Assembly (NCBI RefSeq): GCF_963921235.1
Contig: NC_086097.1
Coordinates: 8,370,001 to 8,434,000, forward strand
Origin: Mobula hypostoma
Taxonomy: Eukaryota
Direction: 5' to 3'
Length of the DNA stretch: 64,000 bases
A model generated the notes under the pieces. That model made no database searches. It was not told where the DNA came from and saw only the letters and a program-made list of their open reading frames with translations. Position 1 is the stretch's first letter. Each line of letters opens with the position of its first letter. A program made the translations under genes and the position numbers. This document shows, piece by piece, positions 13,824 through 25,849 of this stretch.

Positions 13824-14401
13824 GTACCTCTTCCTAGAGATGCTCCCTGACCTGCTGCATTCACCAGCAACTTTGATGTGTGTTGCTGTGTTGTAGTAAC
13901 CTACGTTTGATGCAAAAGTGGCTAATTGTTTTAAAAGGTTATTAAGGGGCTTGGGGTGACTTGGCAACATAGTGATTAGCACAACACTTTACAATAGCAA
14001 CAATCTGAGTTGAATTCCCGTCATTGTCTATGAGGAGCTTATTCTGCCGGTTGCTCTGGTTTGTCCAAAGATTTACTAGTTTATAGGTTAATTGGTCATT
14101 GGTCATTGTAAATTGTGCTGTGATTAGGTTAGGGTTAAATCGCAGGATGCTGGACAGCGGAGCTCAAAGGACCAAGAGGGTCTTTTCCACACTGTATCCC
14201 AATAAATATATAAATAAACAGCAGATGTGAAGATATACAACTTGAAATGCAGAGTATCTTACTTTTTGACACTAAGGCTTTGCAATGCTTTCAGTAAAGC
14301 CCAGAAGTGGACATTAAAATGGCTTAAAGGATAACTTTAAGTAATCATTGGAGACAAATTAATATTGGTGATCCTTTTTCAGTCAAATCACCATTTGCGT
14401 G

Positions 14402-15075
14402 TATCAAGCTTCAGATTCCTTGGTGTCCACATTTCCGAGGATCTCACCTGGTCTCTGAACTCCTCCATCCTGATCAAAAAGGTGCAACAGCGCCTTTATT
14501 TCCTGCGGAGCATCAAGAAAGCTCACCTCTGTCCCAGGATACTGACGGACTTTTACCGTTGTACCATTGAGAGCATACTCACCAACTGCATCTCTGTGTG
14601 GTATGGCAATTGTCCCGTATCGGACCGCAAAGCACTCCAGCATGTGGTGAAAACTGCCCAGCGGATTATCGGCACCCAATTGCCCACCATTGAGAACATC
14701 TACCATAAATGCTGCCTGGGCAGGGCGAAAAGCATTATGAAGGATGCATCTCACCCTAACCATGGACTTTTTACTCTCCTCCCATCCGGTAGGCGCTACA
14801 GGAGCCTCCGCTCCCGCACCAGCAGGCACAGGAAGAGCTTCCTCCCTGAGGCTGTGACACTGCTGAACCTCACATCACAGCGCTAAGCAGTATTGCATCC
14901 ATATTGTACTGTCTCAGTACTTTTATATTTCTGTGCTGCAGCACTTACTTTTTATTCGCAGTTATTTTGTAAATAACACTATTCTTTGCATTTCTCGTTA
15001 GATGCTAACTGCATTTCATTGGCTTTGTATCTATACTCGGCACAATGACAATAAAGTTGAATCTAATCTAATTTA
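14402..15075 (+). mobile_element. Young Rex1/Babar LINE 3' fragment
   Basis: Intact frame SFRFLGVHISEDLTW..QRLYFLR..FYRCTIESILT..LLPSGRRYR; tail aataaagttgaatctaatcta. Confidence 0.9.
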
Positions 15076-15469
15076 CAGCAGTAAATGTGTTGTGCTGAAT
15101 GTAATTCATAGTTCAACTGGATGAAGAGGAATAATGCCATAGAGCCTCCGATGACAAACTCAGTGTTGTTTCACTATTTGGAGCAGATTGCTGCTTTTGA
15201 ATAGTTATCAGTTTTTAGTTATTATGGGACTGCCTCTAATTTCCAAAAAGGTTAAGGGATATCAAACAAGACTCATGATATGTAATCAGATTGTACAAAC
15301 AAAGCAAATTTTTTCACTATTTATTGCCAGCACATTAGTGTATGAACACAGACTGATACAATGTCCAGAGGGACACCTGTAAATGCTCATACTGTCCCAT
15401 TACAACAACTGTAGACAGGTTATTGGCTGTTAAGTAGGCATCAGTTAATTTCACATGAGTAGTTTCGCA

Positions 15470-15491
15470 TTAGGGTTAGGGTTAGGGTTAG
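15470..15491 (+). repeat. Interstitial (TTAGGG)3 TTAG
   Basis: Read directly from the sequence. Confidence 0.8.
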
Positions 15492-16376
15492 AATCCCAGA
15501 CCGAAACTGCACTGAGACAAAACACATTGTTGAAGGACCTTGATAAAGTAGATGTGGAGAGGTGAGAGAGTCTAAAAGCAGAGAGCACAGCCTCAGAAAA
15601 GAGGGCTATCCATTTGGAACAGAGATGAGAAGCAATGATGGTGGTGAATCTGTGGAATTTGTGCTGCAGGTGGCTGTGAAGGGTAAGTCAATGGGTACAT
15701 TGAAGACAATGGTTGATAGAGTTTTGATTGTTCAGGGTATGAGGGTTATTGGGAGAAGGCATGAGATTGGGGCTGAGAGGGAAAATTGGAATCAGCCATG
15801 ATGAAATGGCGGAGCTGGCACGATGGGCCAAATGGCCTGATTCTGCTTCTATATCTTATGGTCTTATGGTCTAAATTGTGATAAATTCTGTGGAGTTATT
15901 TAATTTATTTTGTATAGGTATTTTATAGGAACACACCATGATCACAGATAATTCTTCTTGCAGTATATTCCAATAATGACTTGAACACAGGAGAATATCA
16001 GCTGATGGAAAATCTCCAACCTTTTAACCTGCATCTCATGCTGAATTCCTTTAGTTAAAGACGCTCTTTCATCCCTGTAATTTTTGATTTTTGGTTTTTC
16101 AGTTGCTCTGTCTGATACGCACTTTCCAAAGGGCTTTATTTATTTGCGCTGTTATCCACCTCCTGGGACCCTGTTGGGGGTTGCAGAGGTTTATATTGAA
16201 GGGAATTTTTGAAGTATTTTCAGACTTGCCGGGAAGTCTGATCAAAGGCCACAGATGTATTCCTGAAAGCATCTTCTTCCCCTTTGTAATAATACAATAG
16301 ATTGGCTTTTGCTTCCCAGAGTTCTTTCCTAACCAACTGTTTATCCCCTTTTTGCCTGTTATTGCCACATGTGAAG

Positions 16377-16787
16377 TCATCATCATCATCATTATTAGGT
16401 GCCATGCCGTATGACATCATCATTATGTGCCAGGTCGTATGATGTAGACGATAATAGTCTCATGGTCATGATTGTCCTTGGCAAATTTTTCAACAGAAGA
16501 GGTTGTCCATTGCCTTCTTCTGGGCAGTGTCTTTACAAGATGGGTGAGCCCAGCCATTATCAATACTCTTCAGAGACTGTCTGCCTTGTGCCAGTGGTTG
16601 TGTAACCAGCACTTGTGATATGCACGTGATGCTCATTCGACCATCAGCACCAGCTCCGATGGCTTCGTGTGATCCTGATCGGCGGCTAAGCAGGTGCCAC
16701 ACCTTGCCCAAGGGTGACCTGCAGGATATGGAACGAAGGGGTGCCTTACACCTCCTTTGGTAGAGATGTATCTCCACCCTGCCACTC
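16377..16787 (-). mobile_element. RTE-derived bipartite SINE-like element
   Basis: gaagaaggcaatgg motif and (GAT)n tail shared with 29640-29972. Second copy at 50205-50584, fragment at 34380-34463. Confidence 0.7.
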
Positions 16788-16844
16788 AAAATGAGAAGTA
16801 CCAAACATAATAGAGAGATTGTTGAACCAACAAAATTTACGAAG

Positions 16845-17600
16845 GTTAAAGTTAAAAGTTCAAAATACATTTATTTTCACAGTATGTACAATCTATACGA
16901 CCTTGAGATTCATCTTCCTGAGGGCAGCCACAAAACAAAGAAACACAATAAAATCCACAAAAAAAGACCACACACAACAAAGATTGTCAACATCCAAGGT
17001 GGAACAATGAAAGAACAAATCGTGCAACAATAAATCAACAAACAACCCAGAGAATATAAACTGCAGAGTCCTCAAAAGTGAGTCCACAACATGCAGCCTC
17101 TTCAACCCTTTGACTGATCCGGGAGTTTGATGGCTGTAGGCCACAGCTATGGAGCCAGGTTCAGCACTGAGATGAGTGTCGATGGGTGTAGGCCACAGCT
17201 GCATAGCCAGGTTCAATGCTGAGGCGATTGTCGATGGGGTGGGGCACAGCTGTGGAGCCAAGTTCAGTGCTGAGGTGAGTGTTGATAGGGTAGGCCACAG
17301 ATGTAGAGCTAGGTTCAGAACTGAGGTGAGTATCGATGTGGCAGGACACAGCTGTGGAGCCAGGTTCACTTCCATGGTGAATGTCAATGGAGTAGGCCAC
17401 AACTGCAGAGACAGGTTCAGCACTGAGGTGACTGTCGATGGCTACAGGCCCTGTTGCGGAGCCAGGTTCAGTACTGAGGCGAGTAAAGCCTCACACAGTA
17501 GTGAACTGAACATCAGTTTTGATTTTGACCTTGGCCTCGATGCCTTAATCTTTTTAATATGTCTCAGTGTTTAAATCATCCAGTTTCAGATGGTGCTACC
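16845..17600 (-). mobile_element. Non-autonomous element with Rex1-like (TTTGAA) tail carrying a 51-bp tandem array
   Basis: Tail shared with 19400-19615(+), 28055-28560(-) and 30025-30300(-). Confidence 0.6.
17135..17485. repeat. Minisatellite, about 7 x 51 bp
   Basis: ggccacagct-like anchors at 17139, 17191, 17242, 17293, 17344, 17395 and about 17446. Confidence 0.85.
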
Positions 17601-18128
17601 GAAGATGTGCGTCAACTTACTGATAGTTTGAAGGCAAAGGAAATTGATTAAAAACATTACAATTAACTCTTCTCAAAAAATAAATTATGGTGACCAAACA
17701 CCACAAACAATGAAGAGGCAAGCGAAGGCAAAGCAACTTCGTGAGATGTGCCCTGCTGGTGCACTACAAAATCGACACACTTGGAGTTGGAGCTGAGCTG
17801 GTTGGGGTAAATGACTCGGAGGGGAGGAGAGAGGGCAGAGAAGTTCTGACGCCCTCCCGCTGGCCTGGGTGCAAGGGTACATCATTCTAAGTGCCGATCC
17901 AATTTGGAGGGATCGAGGACAGCTTCTCTGGCAGTGAAATCTGCCCCAGCGATGCCTGGATCCTAATGCAGTCATCCCGGATCGATTTGCCATAGCGATG
18001 CCTGGATCCTAATGCAAGGTACAATCCGCTGTTCGGACAATCTTAACGCCGGTCCATTTGGACTGGAAAGGCAGGTTGTCGAGAGTCAGGTGAAGTTGGA
18101 TTGCTCTAAGCGCCAAGTCGATTTAGAC

Positions 18129-19112
18129 CGTAAGACCATAAGACATAGGAGTAGAATTACTCCATTTGGCTCATTGAGACTGCTCCACCATTTAATCATG
18201 AATGATCCTTTTTTCCCCTTCTCAGCCCCATTTGCCGGCCTTCTGCCCATAACTTTGATGCCATGTCCATTCAAGAACCATTCAAGCTCTACCTTAAATA
18301 CACCCAATGAACTGGCCTCAACTGATGCCTGTGGTAATAAATTCCACAAATTCACCACCCTCTGGCTAACTAAATTTCTCTGCATCGCTGTTTTAAATGG
18401 ATGCCCCTCTATCCTGAGGCTGTGCCCTCTTGCCATCGACTACCCCACCATGGGAAATAACCTTTCCACACCTACTCTGTCTAGGCCTTTCAACATTCAA
18501 AAAGATTCAGTGAGATCTACTCTCACCCTTCTAAATTTCAGTGAGTACAGACCCAGAGCTATCAACCATTCCTCATATGAAAACCATTTCATTCCCAAAA
18601 GCATCCTTGTGAACTGCCTCTGAACCTGCTCCTATGCCAGCACATCTTTTCTTAGATGAGGGGCCCAAAACTGTTCACAATACTCAAGGTGAGGCCTCAC
18701 CAGTGCTTTATAAAGACTCAGCATCACATCCCTGCTCTTGTATTCTAGACCTCTTGAAATGAATGCTAACATTGCATTTGCCTTCCTCACCACCAACTCT
18801 ACCTGCAAGATAACCTTTAGGGTGTTCTGCCCGAGGACTCCCAAGTCCCTTTACATCTCAGATTTTTAGACTTTCTCCCCATTTAGAAAGTAGTCTGCGC
18901 ATTTATTTGTTCTACCAAAGTGCATGATCATGCATTTTCCAACATTGTATTTAATTTGTCACTTTCTTGCCAATTCTCCTAATCTGTCTAAGTCCTTCTG
19001 CATCATAAAAGTTTCCTCAACACTACCTGCCCCTCCACCAATCTTAGTATCATCTGCAAACTTGGCAACAAAGCCATCTATTCCATCATCTAAATCATTG
19101 TTATACAGCATA
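18129..19112 (-). mobile_element. CR1 3' fragment
   Basis: LYKALVRPHLEYCEQFWAP; accataag tail. Confidence 0.88.
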
Positions 19113-19655
19113 AGAAGATTTGGAGAAGTTGAGAATTGCTTCTCCAGCAGTGAAACCTAGGTCCAAAGTGAATGGTTGGGTAGCACTTTCTAGGTCCGGA
19201 GTGATTTGTCACAATGGGGCCTGAGTCCTTGTGTGAGGTCTGGATAATTTATCACTGGTCTAGATAGTTTGGGGGCTCCTCTCTCTGCATGATGCTAAGG
19301 CTGTGAGACTGCCCCTGGCTGCTGTACTTTGTGTCTGCGAACTTTGTGATGAATTGCCCCACTAATACAACGAACTGAATACCCAGGCTTTGGGCCTACT
19401 CCAGGCCGCTCCAGACTCGATCTGGTTCTGAATACTGTGGTTGTTCATTTCTATTGAATGCACGATTTGTTTTGTGCTGTGTTTTCCTTTGTGCATTGGG
19501 TGTTGGTCTTTTTATAACTAGGTTCTTTTGGGTTCCTTGCTTTGCGACTGCCTGTAAGCAAACAAATCTCAGGACTGTATAATTCTTTCATAATAAATCC
19601 ACTTTGAATCTTTGAATGTAAATCTGCTAAACATCAGTTTATTATTTGCCCTCAG

Positions 19656-19792
19656 GCACAGGCCCCACCACTTCAATCCGGCTGGGAGATTCAGTCTGGT
19701 GCCAAGTACGCTCCAGCAATGGCCGCCATGGTTGTACCTCCATACTCGAGAGTTCACTTCACTGAAGGCTTCGGGATACCACAAAACACCAG
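19656..19792 (+). CDS. rbfox3: Candidate host coding exon (137 nt), tentatively an RBFOX-family (RBFOX3-like) extended N-terminal exon
   Basis: Non-repetitive and CpG-retaining. Acceptor ttattatttgccctcAG ends at 19655; donor AG|GTTGTA at 19793. Open frame AQAPPLQSGWEIQSGAKYAPAMAAMVVPPYSRVHFTEGFGIPQNT(R). In-frame ATGs at 19719 and 19728, the second in perfect Kozak GCCGCCATGG. The gene assignment is from recall and unverified. Confidence 0.55.
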
Positions 19793-20013
19793 GTTGTACA
19801 GACAGTTCAAAAACACATCCCCCAATGAGAAATTACCGTGATTGTGGTGCCCAAAAACTGGTGGAGTGTTTACTTTACCAAACAACTCAAAAAAATTCCT
19901 GATGATTTTTGTTAAGTGATGTGCTTTCAAAGAATTGGCAATCTGAAATACAAAGTCCGTTTCTCTTTCCACAGGTACTGTCGGACCTGCTGAACTGTTC
20001 CAGCACTTTCTAT

Positions 20014-20104
20014 CAACACACATCAAAGTTGCTGGTGAACGCAGCAGGCCTGGCAGCATCTCTAGAAAGAGGTACAGTCGACGTTTCGGACCGAGACCCT
20101 TCGT
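20014..20104 (-). mobile_element. Mini Penelope pLTR insertion
   Basis: pLTR sequence caacacacatcaaagttgctgg...cccttcgtc. 13-bp TSD CAGCACTTTCTAT (20001-20013, 20105-20117). Confidence 0.85.
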
Positions 20105-21450
20105 CAGCACTTTCTATTTTCATTTCAGTTTTCTGGCACCTGCAGGATTTTATTTGGTTTGCATTTGCTTTGCAATTGGAGTTCATTTCCTGTCCTGGTA
20201 CAAACATTCCAGTTTTAATTTGTCAGCGATGCACCTGGCACAATTCCGTTACACTTGGTCTCAGGACCCACATGGCCCGGAGAAACAAGTCCATAATAGT
20301 TATGAACTGCTGTGCAAAAGCTTGCAGTTTTGGGCAGCAGAGCCATAGAACTCTCTTTTCTCAAACACTGCAGGTAGATAGTCTACAGATCAGCCAAAAT
20401 GCACCACCTCACACTAATCTGAATTGAACTCCATTTGTTATTCCTCAGTCCACTTTCTCAGATAGATATGATCCCCTGTAATATTTGATAACCCTTTTGT
20501 TGCCCACTATCCTACCTACTCTAGAGTAATTTGCAAATATACGAACCATACCTTGAATCTTTTCATCCAATTTATAGGTAAAATCGGGGCACTACGGTGG
20601 CGTAGCAGTTAGTGTGACACTATTACAGTTCAGAGCATCACAGTTTGGAATTCAATACCAGTGCAGTCTGTGAAGAGTCCATAGGTCCTTCCCGTATGCC
20701 TGTGATTTTCCTCCAGGTGCTTCTGTTTGCTTCCACTTTCAAATACCTTCTACAGCTATAATAACTTGGGCATTGGAGTAAGGAGTTTGTACCTTTGCCC
20801 TGTTACTGCATGGGTTTCCTCCAGGTGCTCCTGTTTCCTCCCACATTTCAAAGGAATTCCGGTTAGTAGGTTAATTGGTCATTGTAAATTGTCCTGTGAT
20901 TAGGCTAGGGTTGAATCGGTGCGTTGCTGGGCCGTGCGGCTCAGTGGGCTGGAAGGGCCTGTCCCACACTGTATCTCTGAATAACTAAACTAATTGATAA
21001 GTGATAGGCAACAATGGGCCCAGCGCTGATCCTTGAGGCAGACCACTAGACAACAGGCCTCCAGTGTATCAAACAACCTTGCATCTTATTCTCTGCTCAC
21101 CAGCTCTCCCTAGGTTCCATGCGATCTAACCTGAGTCAACCCATGTCATTCTGGGCGTGGTGGTTGTCCATTGTATCTGACATTGACAGAAACCTGTGCG
21201 GGAGAGTTTTTAAAGTGGAAAAGCCATTACACTGGGGCAGTTTCACTCTCTCGACCTCAGAAATCCAGATCTAGTGGTGCAAGCAGTTGTCACAAACTGG
21301 GGTCTTCCTTGGTTGCAGTGGATGACTGACCATGACTTCTTCTGTGCCTTGCCATGCCTTTCACTCTCCACGGAGCAATGCAGAACCACCTTCCTGGCCT
21401 AGGCATCTCACTGTTATGTCATCCACCCAGTCAACTGAGCTGACTTCACA

Positions 21451-22312
21451 TGCAGATGATACTAAGATAGGTGGTGTTGTGGATAATGAAGTAGGTTTTC
21501 AAAGCTTGCAGAGAGATTTAGGCCAGTTAGAAGAGTGGGCTGAAAGATGGCAGATGGAGTTTAATGCTGAAAAATGTGAGGTGCTACATTTTGGTAGGAC
21601 TAATCAAAATAGAACATACATGGTAAATGGTAGGGCATTGAAGAATGCTGTAGAACAGAGGGATCTAGGAATAATGGTGCATAGTTCTCTGAAGGTGGAA
21701 TCTCATGTGGATAGGGTGGTGAAGAAAGCTTTTGGTATGCTGGCCTTTATTAATCAGAGCATTGAGTATAGGAGTTGGGATGTAATGTTGAAATTATATA
21801 AGGCATTGGTAAGGCCAAATTGTGTACAGTTCTGGTCACCGAATTATAGGAAAAATGTCAAAAAATTTGAGAGAGTGCAGAGGAGATTTACTAAAATGTT
21901 GCCTGGGTTTCATCTCCTAAGTTACAGAGAAAGGTTAAACAAGTTAGGTCTTTATTCTTTACAGCGTAGACGGTTGAGGGGGGACTTGATAGAGGTGTTT
22001 AAAATTATGAGGGGGATTGATAGAGTTGACGTGGATAGGCTTTTTCCATTGAGAATGGGGGAGATTCAAACAAGGGGACATAAGTTGAGAGTCAAAGGGC
22101 GAAAGTTTAGTGGTAACATGAGGGGGAACTTCTTTACTCAGAGAGTGGTAGCTGTGTGGAAATGGATAGATATATGGACAGGAAAGGAATGAGGGTTATG
22201 GGCTGAGTGCAGGTCGGTGGGACGAGGTGAGAGTAGGAGTTCGGCACAGACTAGAAGGGCCGAGATGGCCTGTTTCTGTGCTGTAATTGTTGTATGTGGT
22301 TATATGGTTATA
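21451..22312 (+). mobile_element. Young CR1 LINE 3' fragment
   Basis: ADDTKIGG..LQRDL..WQMEFN..KC.V.HFG; (TATATGGT)-type tail. Confidence 0.92.
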
Positions 22313-22679
22313 TACAAGGATAGGCATGACTCTATCTTACCAGGGTGTGAGATTCACCGACTGCCCTCATCTAATTTACACCGCCTGTTGAAGCGGTATT
22401 CCCAGTGTCTCAGCAAACAGTTACTTAGAGGCACAGATGAGAGCTGAGTGTCCGGTAGGGACCAAAGATGAGTAAGGTGCTTCAGATTGGACAAGATCAG
22501 AGGTTCCTCCCCTCCCTGGACACCCCATACACCCCACGTTCAAGATGTACTTATATCTTATCCCTCAGAACCCTCTCCAGTAGCTTGCCTACCACAGATG
22601 TTTGACTTATTGGCATGTAGTTCCCAGGTTTTCCTTTGCTGTCCTTAAATAAAAGACACAATATTCGCTGTCTTCCTGG

Positions 22680-22935
22680 TAAAAAGCTGAAGAAAGAGGA
22701 ATTGAATAGGAGAGAGAAGTGGACTATGGGAGAAAGGGAAGGAGGAGGGGACCCAGAGGGAGGTAACGGGCAGATGTGGAGAAGAGGAGCGATAAGAGGG
22801 AAGCCAGAATAGGAAACATAAAAAAGAGAGAAGGGGACGAGGGACAAATTACTAGCAGTTAGAGAAACTGATGTTCATGCTGTCAGGTTGTTGCCAACCA
22901 AGTGGAATATGAGTTGTTGCTCCTCCAACCTAATA
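22680..22935 (-). mobile_element. Old Penelope-like 3' remnant
   Basis: Purine-rich tract plus gagaaactgatgttcatgctgtcaggttg, homologous to the end of the ORF near 25860. Confidence 0.7.
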
Positions 22936-23824
22936 GTTCTAGCCCACAACCAGAACTAGGCATCCCAGTGTCACACTAACAGGTGTAAATTACTGTGGAT
23001 AACAAAACAGGCAGTTATTGGTTTGGTTCCCAAAGAAGCCGCTTGTCTGTTCGAGACTACTAACCCCTGATAATTCCCAAAATGGGTCTTTGAAACAGTG
23101 AAGTAGGAAGGAATGAAATAACGCAGGCCTGGTGCTGAAGGAGTTCATTGGAACAGGACGAGCTGCACAGAGTAGTTTTTCAGCAGCCTAACTGCATTCT
23201 CTTCCAAGTAGTTTCCTTATTAACCTCTAATCATTGGCAGAATCATAATCACCGGAGACACAAATACAAAGAATGAAGGCACAATAATGAAACATTGCAC
23301 TATGCAGAGCTTTAATGCATATTATTAATTCCAAATCTAACCAAATGAGCTTTCAGACATCTAATAGAAAGATGAAAAGGAGCCGTACCTTTTTTACTCA
23401 ATTTTACAAACTGACCCTGTAGATGAATGTGTGCTGTGAAATTCATATTAAATATACTAATGCATTCTCATGAACATCCTCTCCTCTCACTTTCCCAAAA
23501 TGGAGGCTTTAAACAGATTAACGCCTTTGTTAAAACAACACATGGGGTGGAAGGACTTTGAAACTTTATCATTACTGGCATGCTTTTAATATCGCACAAT
23601 GTACTTCCAATTAAATAAAAATATCAGAACATTAAAATTGCATATAAAAAGAAATCAAATCTAAAAGGCAAGATGACAAAGTCAGGCCAAGTTAAGTAAG
23701 TGCTCACAGTTGGAAAGTGCTTCATGTATGCATACTCAATGAAGAGTAATAAATAAGAAAATATCTTATCAATAATTTAATAGACCAGAAGAACACAGGA
23801 CAAAACTTCGATGAAATAGGCTAT

Positions 23825-24125
23825 TTTATTTATTTATTTACTTACTTACTGTGGTACAACACGGAGTAGGCCCTTCGGGGCCTTCCAATTGCGCCACCCA
23901 GCAATTCCCCCGATTTAATCCTAACCTAATCACAGGACAATTTATAATGACCAATTAACCTACAAACTAGTACGTCTTTGGACTGTGGCAGGAAACCACA
24001 GCACTCAAAGCAGACCTGTTTGGTCATGGGAAGAACATACAAACTCCATACAGGCAGTGGTGGGAATTGAACCTGGTCGCCTATACTGTAAAGCGCTGTG
24101 CTAACCACTACGCTGCCGTGCCACT
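23825..24125 (-). mobile_element. V-SINE
   Basis: Full-length. Other copies at about 4560-4825(-), 13955-14220(+), 20585-20995(+), 49670-50095(+), 56685-57062(+), 62840-63260(+) and 63310-63575(+). Confidence 0.8.
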
Positions 24126-24686
24126 GCTTTGGGAGGAGTATAAAGCGGCAGTGGTTCTTTTTAGCTGGAGTAACACACACATAATGCTGAGATACATCCT
24201 AGGATGTGCCGGGACTCACCATCGGTGATGTAACCTAGGGTCTTCGGTTGTTTCAGGTCCTTCTACATTAGACACACTCACTCAGGTGACCCAGCCAGGG
24301 TTGACCAGGCTGCAGCTTGTGTCCCAGCGGCACTGCTCCATCGGTCTCACACCTCTTGATCCACAGCCGTATTGTAGCTCCTCAGCAGCCTCAGTGACAG
24401 TCCGGGTGGCTCTTTTCTTTGTAGCACCCATAATGCCAAGGAAAGAGTGGGTTCTGCAGAGATAGCACCTGGTAAAACCTCTACACCCCACCTCAATTGG
24501 CTGGTATTGTGCCCTCCATCCCTGTCTCAGACACTGCTCTACCAGCTCCTGGTGTTTGTCTTTCCTACACTCAGCTGTCTCCACAGTCTGCTCTTCCCAA
24601 GGAACTGTCAGTTATACCATAACCACCTTCTTCTAGGTTTCTGACGGAATGACTACATCAGTCCTCAGAGATGATGATGATGATGC

Positions 24687-25361
24687 GGGAGGAGAAGATG
24701 GTGGCGCGACGCAGCTCTCAGCGGCCACTCCGGTGACGGTATCTGTTATCTGCCTAGTAGGGTGCCATGCACAATCCTGATTTGATGGAGACAGACATGA
24801 GAGCACGGAGGAACATCTGGTGAAACTTCTGAAATGCCTGCTTCGCTGTCGCTGCTACTGTGTGGTCGAGAATCTCCGGAGGAGAAGGTCCAGAGTCCTC
24901 GGTTTTGCTTGTTGCTCGGCGGCCGGGGCGGGGTCGAAGCGCTCAGCAGGGGATGGTGCTCGGTGCTCAGTGTCGGAGGGCTGGTCAGAGGCTCGAAGTT
25001 TTCCGACGGACTCAGAATCGTCTGCGGTCGGGTGCTTCCAATGCATTGGCAAGTTTGCGGCGCTTGGAGGTTCATGACAGGAAGAGTTTCTCCCTTCCGC
25101 CACCTGCGTGAGATGATGGGGCTATTGGGACTTGAGACTTTTTTTTACCATGCCCATGGTCTGCTCTTTATCAAATTACGGTATTGCTTTGCACTGTTGT
25201 AACTATATGTTATAATTATCTGGTTTTGTCAGTTTTAGTCTTGGTTTGTCCTGTGTTTCTGTGATATCTCTCTGGAGGAACATTGTATCATTTTTAATGC
25301 ATGCATTTCTAAATGACAATAAACGAGGACTGAGTGTCCTCATAATCTAATAATAATCTAA
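24687..25361 (+). mobile_element. Second copy of the 670-bp non-autonomous retroelement
   Basis: Collinear with 10906-11577; inserted in the HERO-like element. Confidence 0.8.
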
Positions 25362-25522
25362 TTACGTCAGGGAGATTTACTTGCTTGCTAAGGTCATGTT
25401 TAAATAGCCAGTCGGACACTATTCCCAGCAGGGTGCTGGTGATCTGGGCTGAAATTCTAGCAACATACATCAAAGTTGCTGGTGAACACAGCAGGCCAAG
25501 CAGCATCTATAGGAAGAGGCGC

Positions 25523-25558
25523 AGTCGACGTTTCAGGCCGAGACCCTTCGTCAGGACT
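25523..25558 (-). ncRNA. Minimal hammerhead ribozyme
   Basis: Reverse complement is identical to 13788-13823. Confidence 0.8.
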
Positions 25559-25849
25559 AACTGAAGGAAGAGTGAGTAAGGGATTTGAAAGCTGGAGGGG
25601 GAGGGGGAGATGCAAAATGATAGGAGAAGACAGGACGGGGAGGGATGGAGCCAAGAGCTGGACAGGTGATTGGCAAAAGGGGATATGAGAGGATCATGGG
25701 ACAGGAGGTCCGGGAAGAAAGGGGGGGGGGGTGACCCAGAGGATGGGCAAGAGGTATATTCAGAGGGACAGAGGGAGAAAAAGGAGAGTGAGAGAAAGAA
25801 TGTGTGCATAAAAATGAGTAACAGATGGGGTACGAGGGGGAGGTGGGGC

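Larger units (their letters stand above)
13074..13885 (+). mobile_element. Penelope-like derivative: inverted pLTR + GIY-YIG 3' fragment + pLTR
   Basis: 13208-13885 matches the reverse complement of the 3' part of 25459-27092. 13074-13207 is an inverted pLTR copy. 14-bp TSD CTGTGTTGTAGTAA (13060-13073, 13886-13899), inside a CR1 3' UTR. Confidence 0.9.

Noticed and set aside
16103..16310. Possible exon after the strong acceptor at 16102
   Set aside because: No convincing donor or recognisable peptide in any frame.
17135..17485. CRISPR-like array
   Set aside because: Whole units are homologous with no unique spacers; vertebrate context, no cas genes.
19612..19902. 96-aa ORF as the host protein
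   Set aside because: It overlaps the candidate exon in another frame, ignores the splice sites and lacks the Kozak ATG.
21332..22192. 286-aa ORF as a novel chimeric gene
   Set aside because: A chance in-frame junction between an unclassified repeat (about 21143-21450, resuming after 22312) and a truncated CR1.
23825..24125. tRNA genes
   Set aside because: The A/B-box-like heads belong to SINEs; no complete cloverleaf seen.
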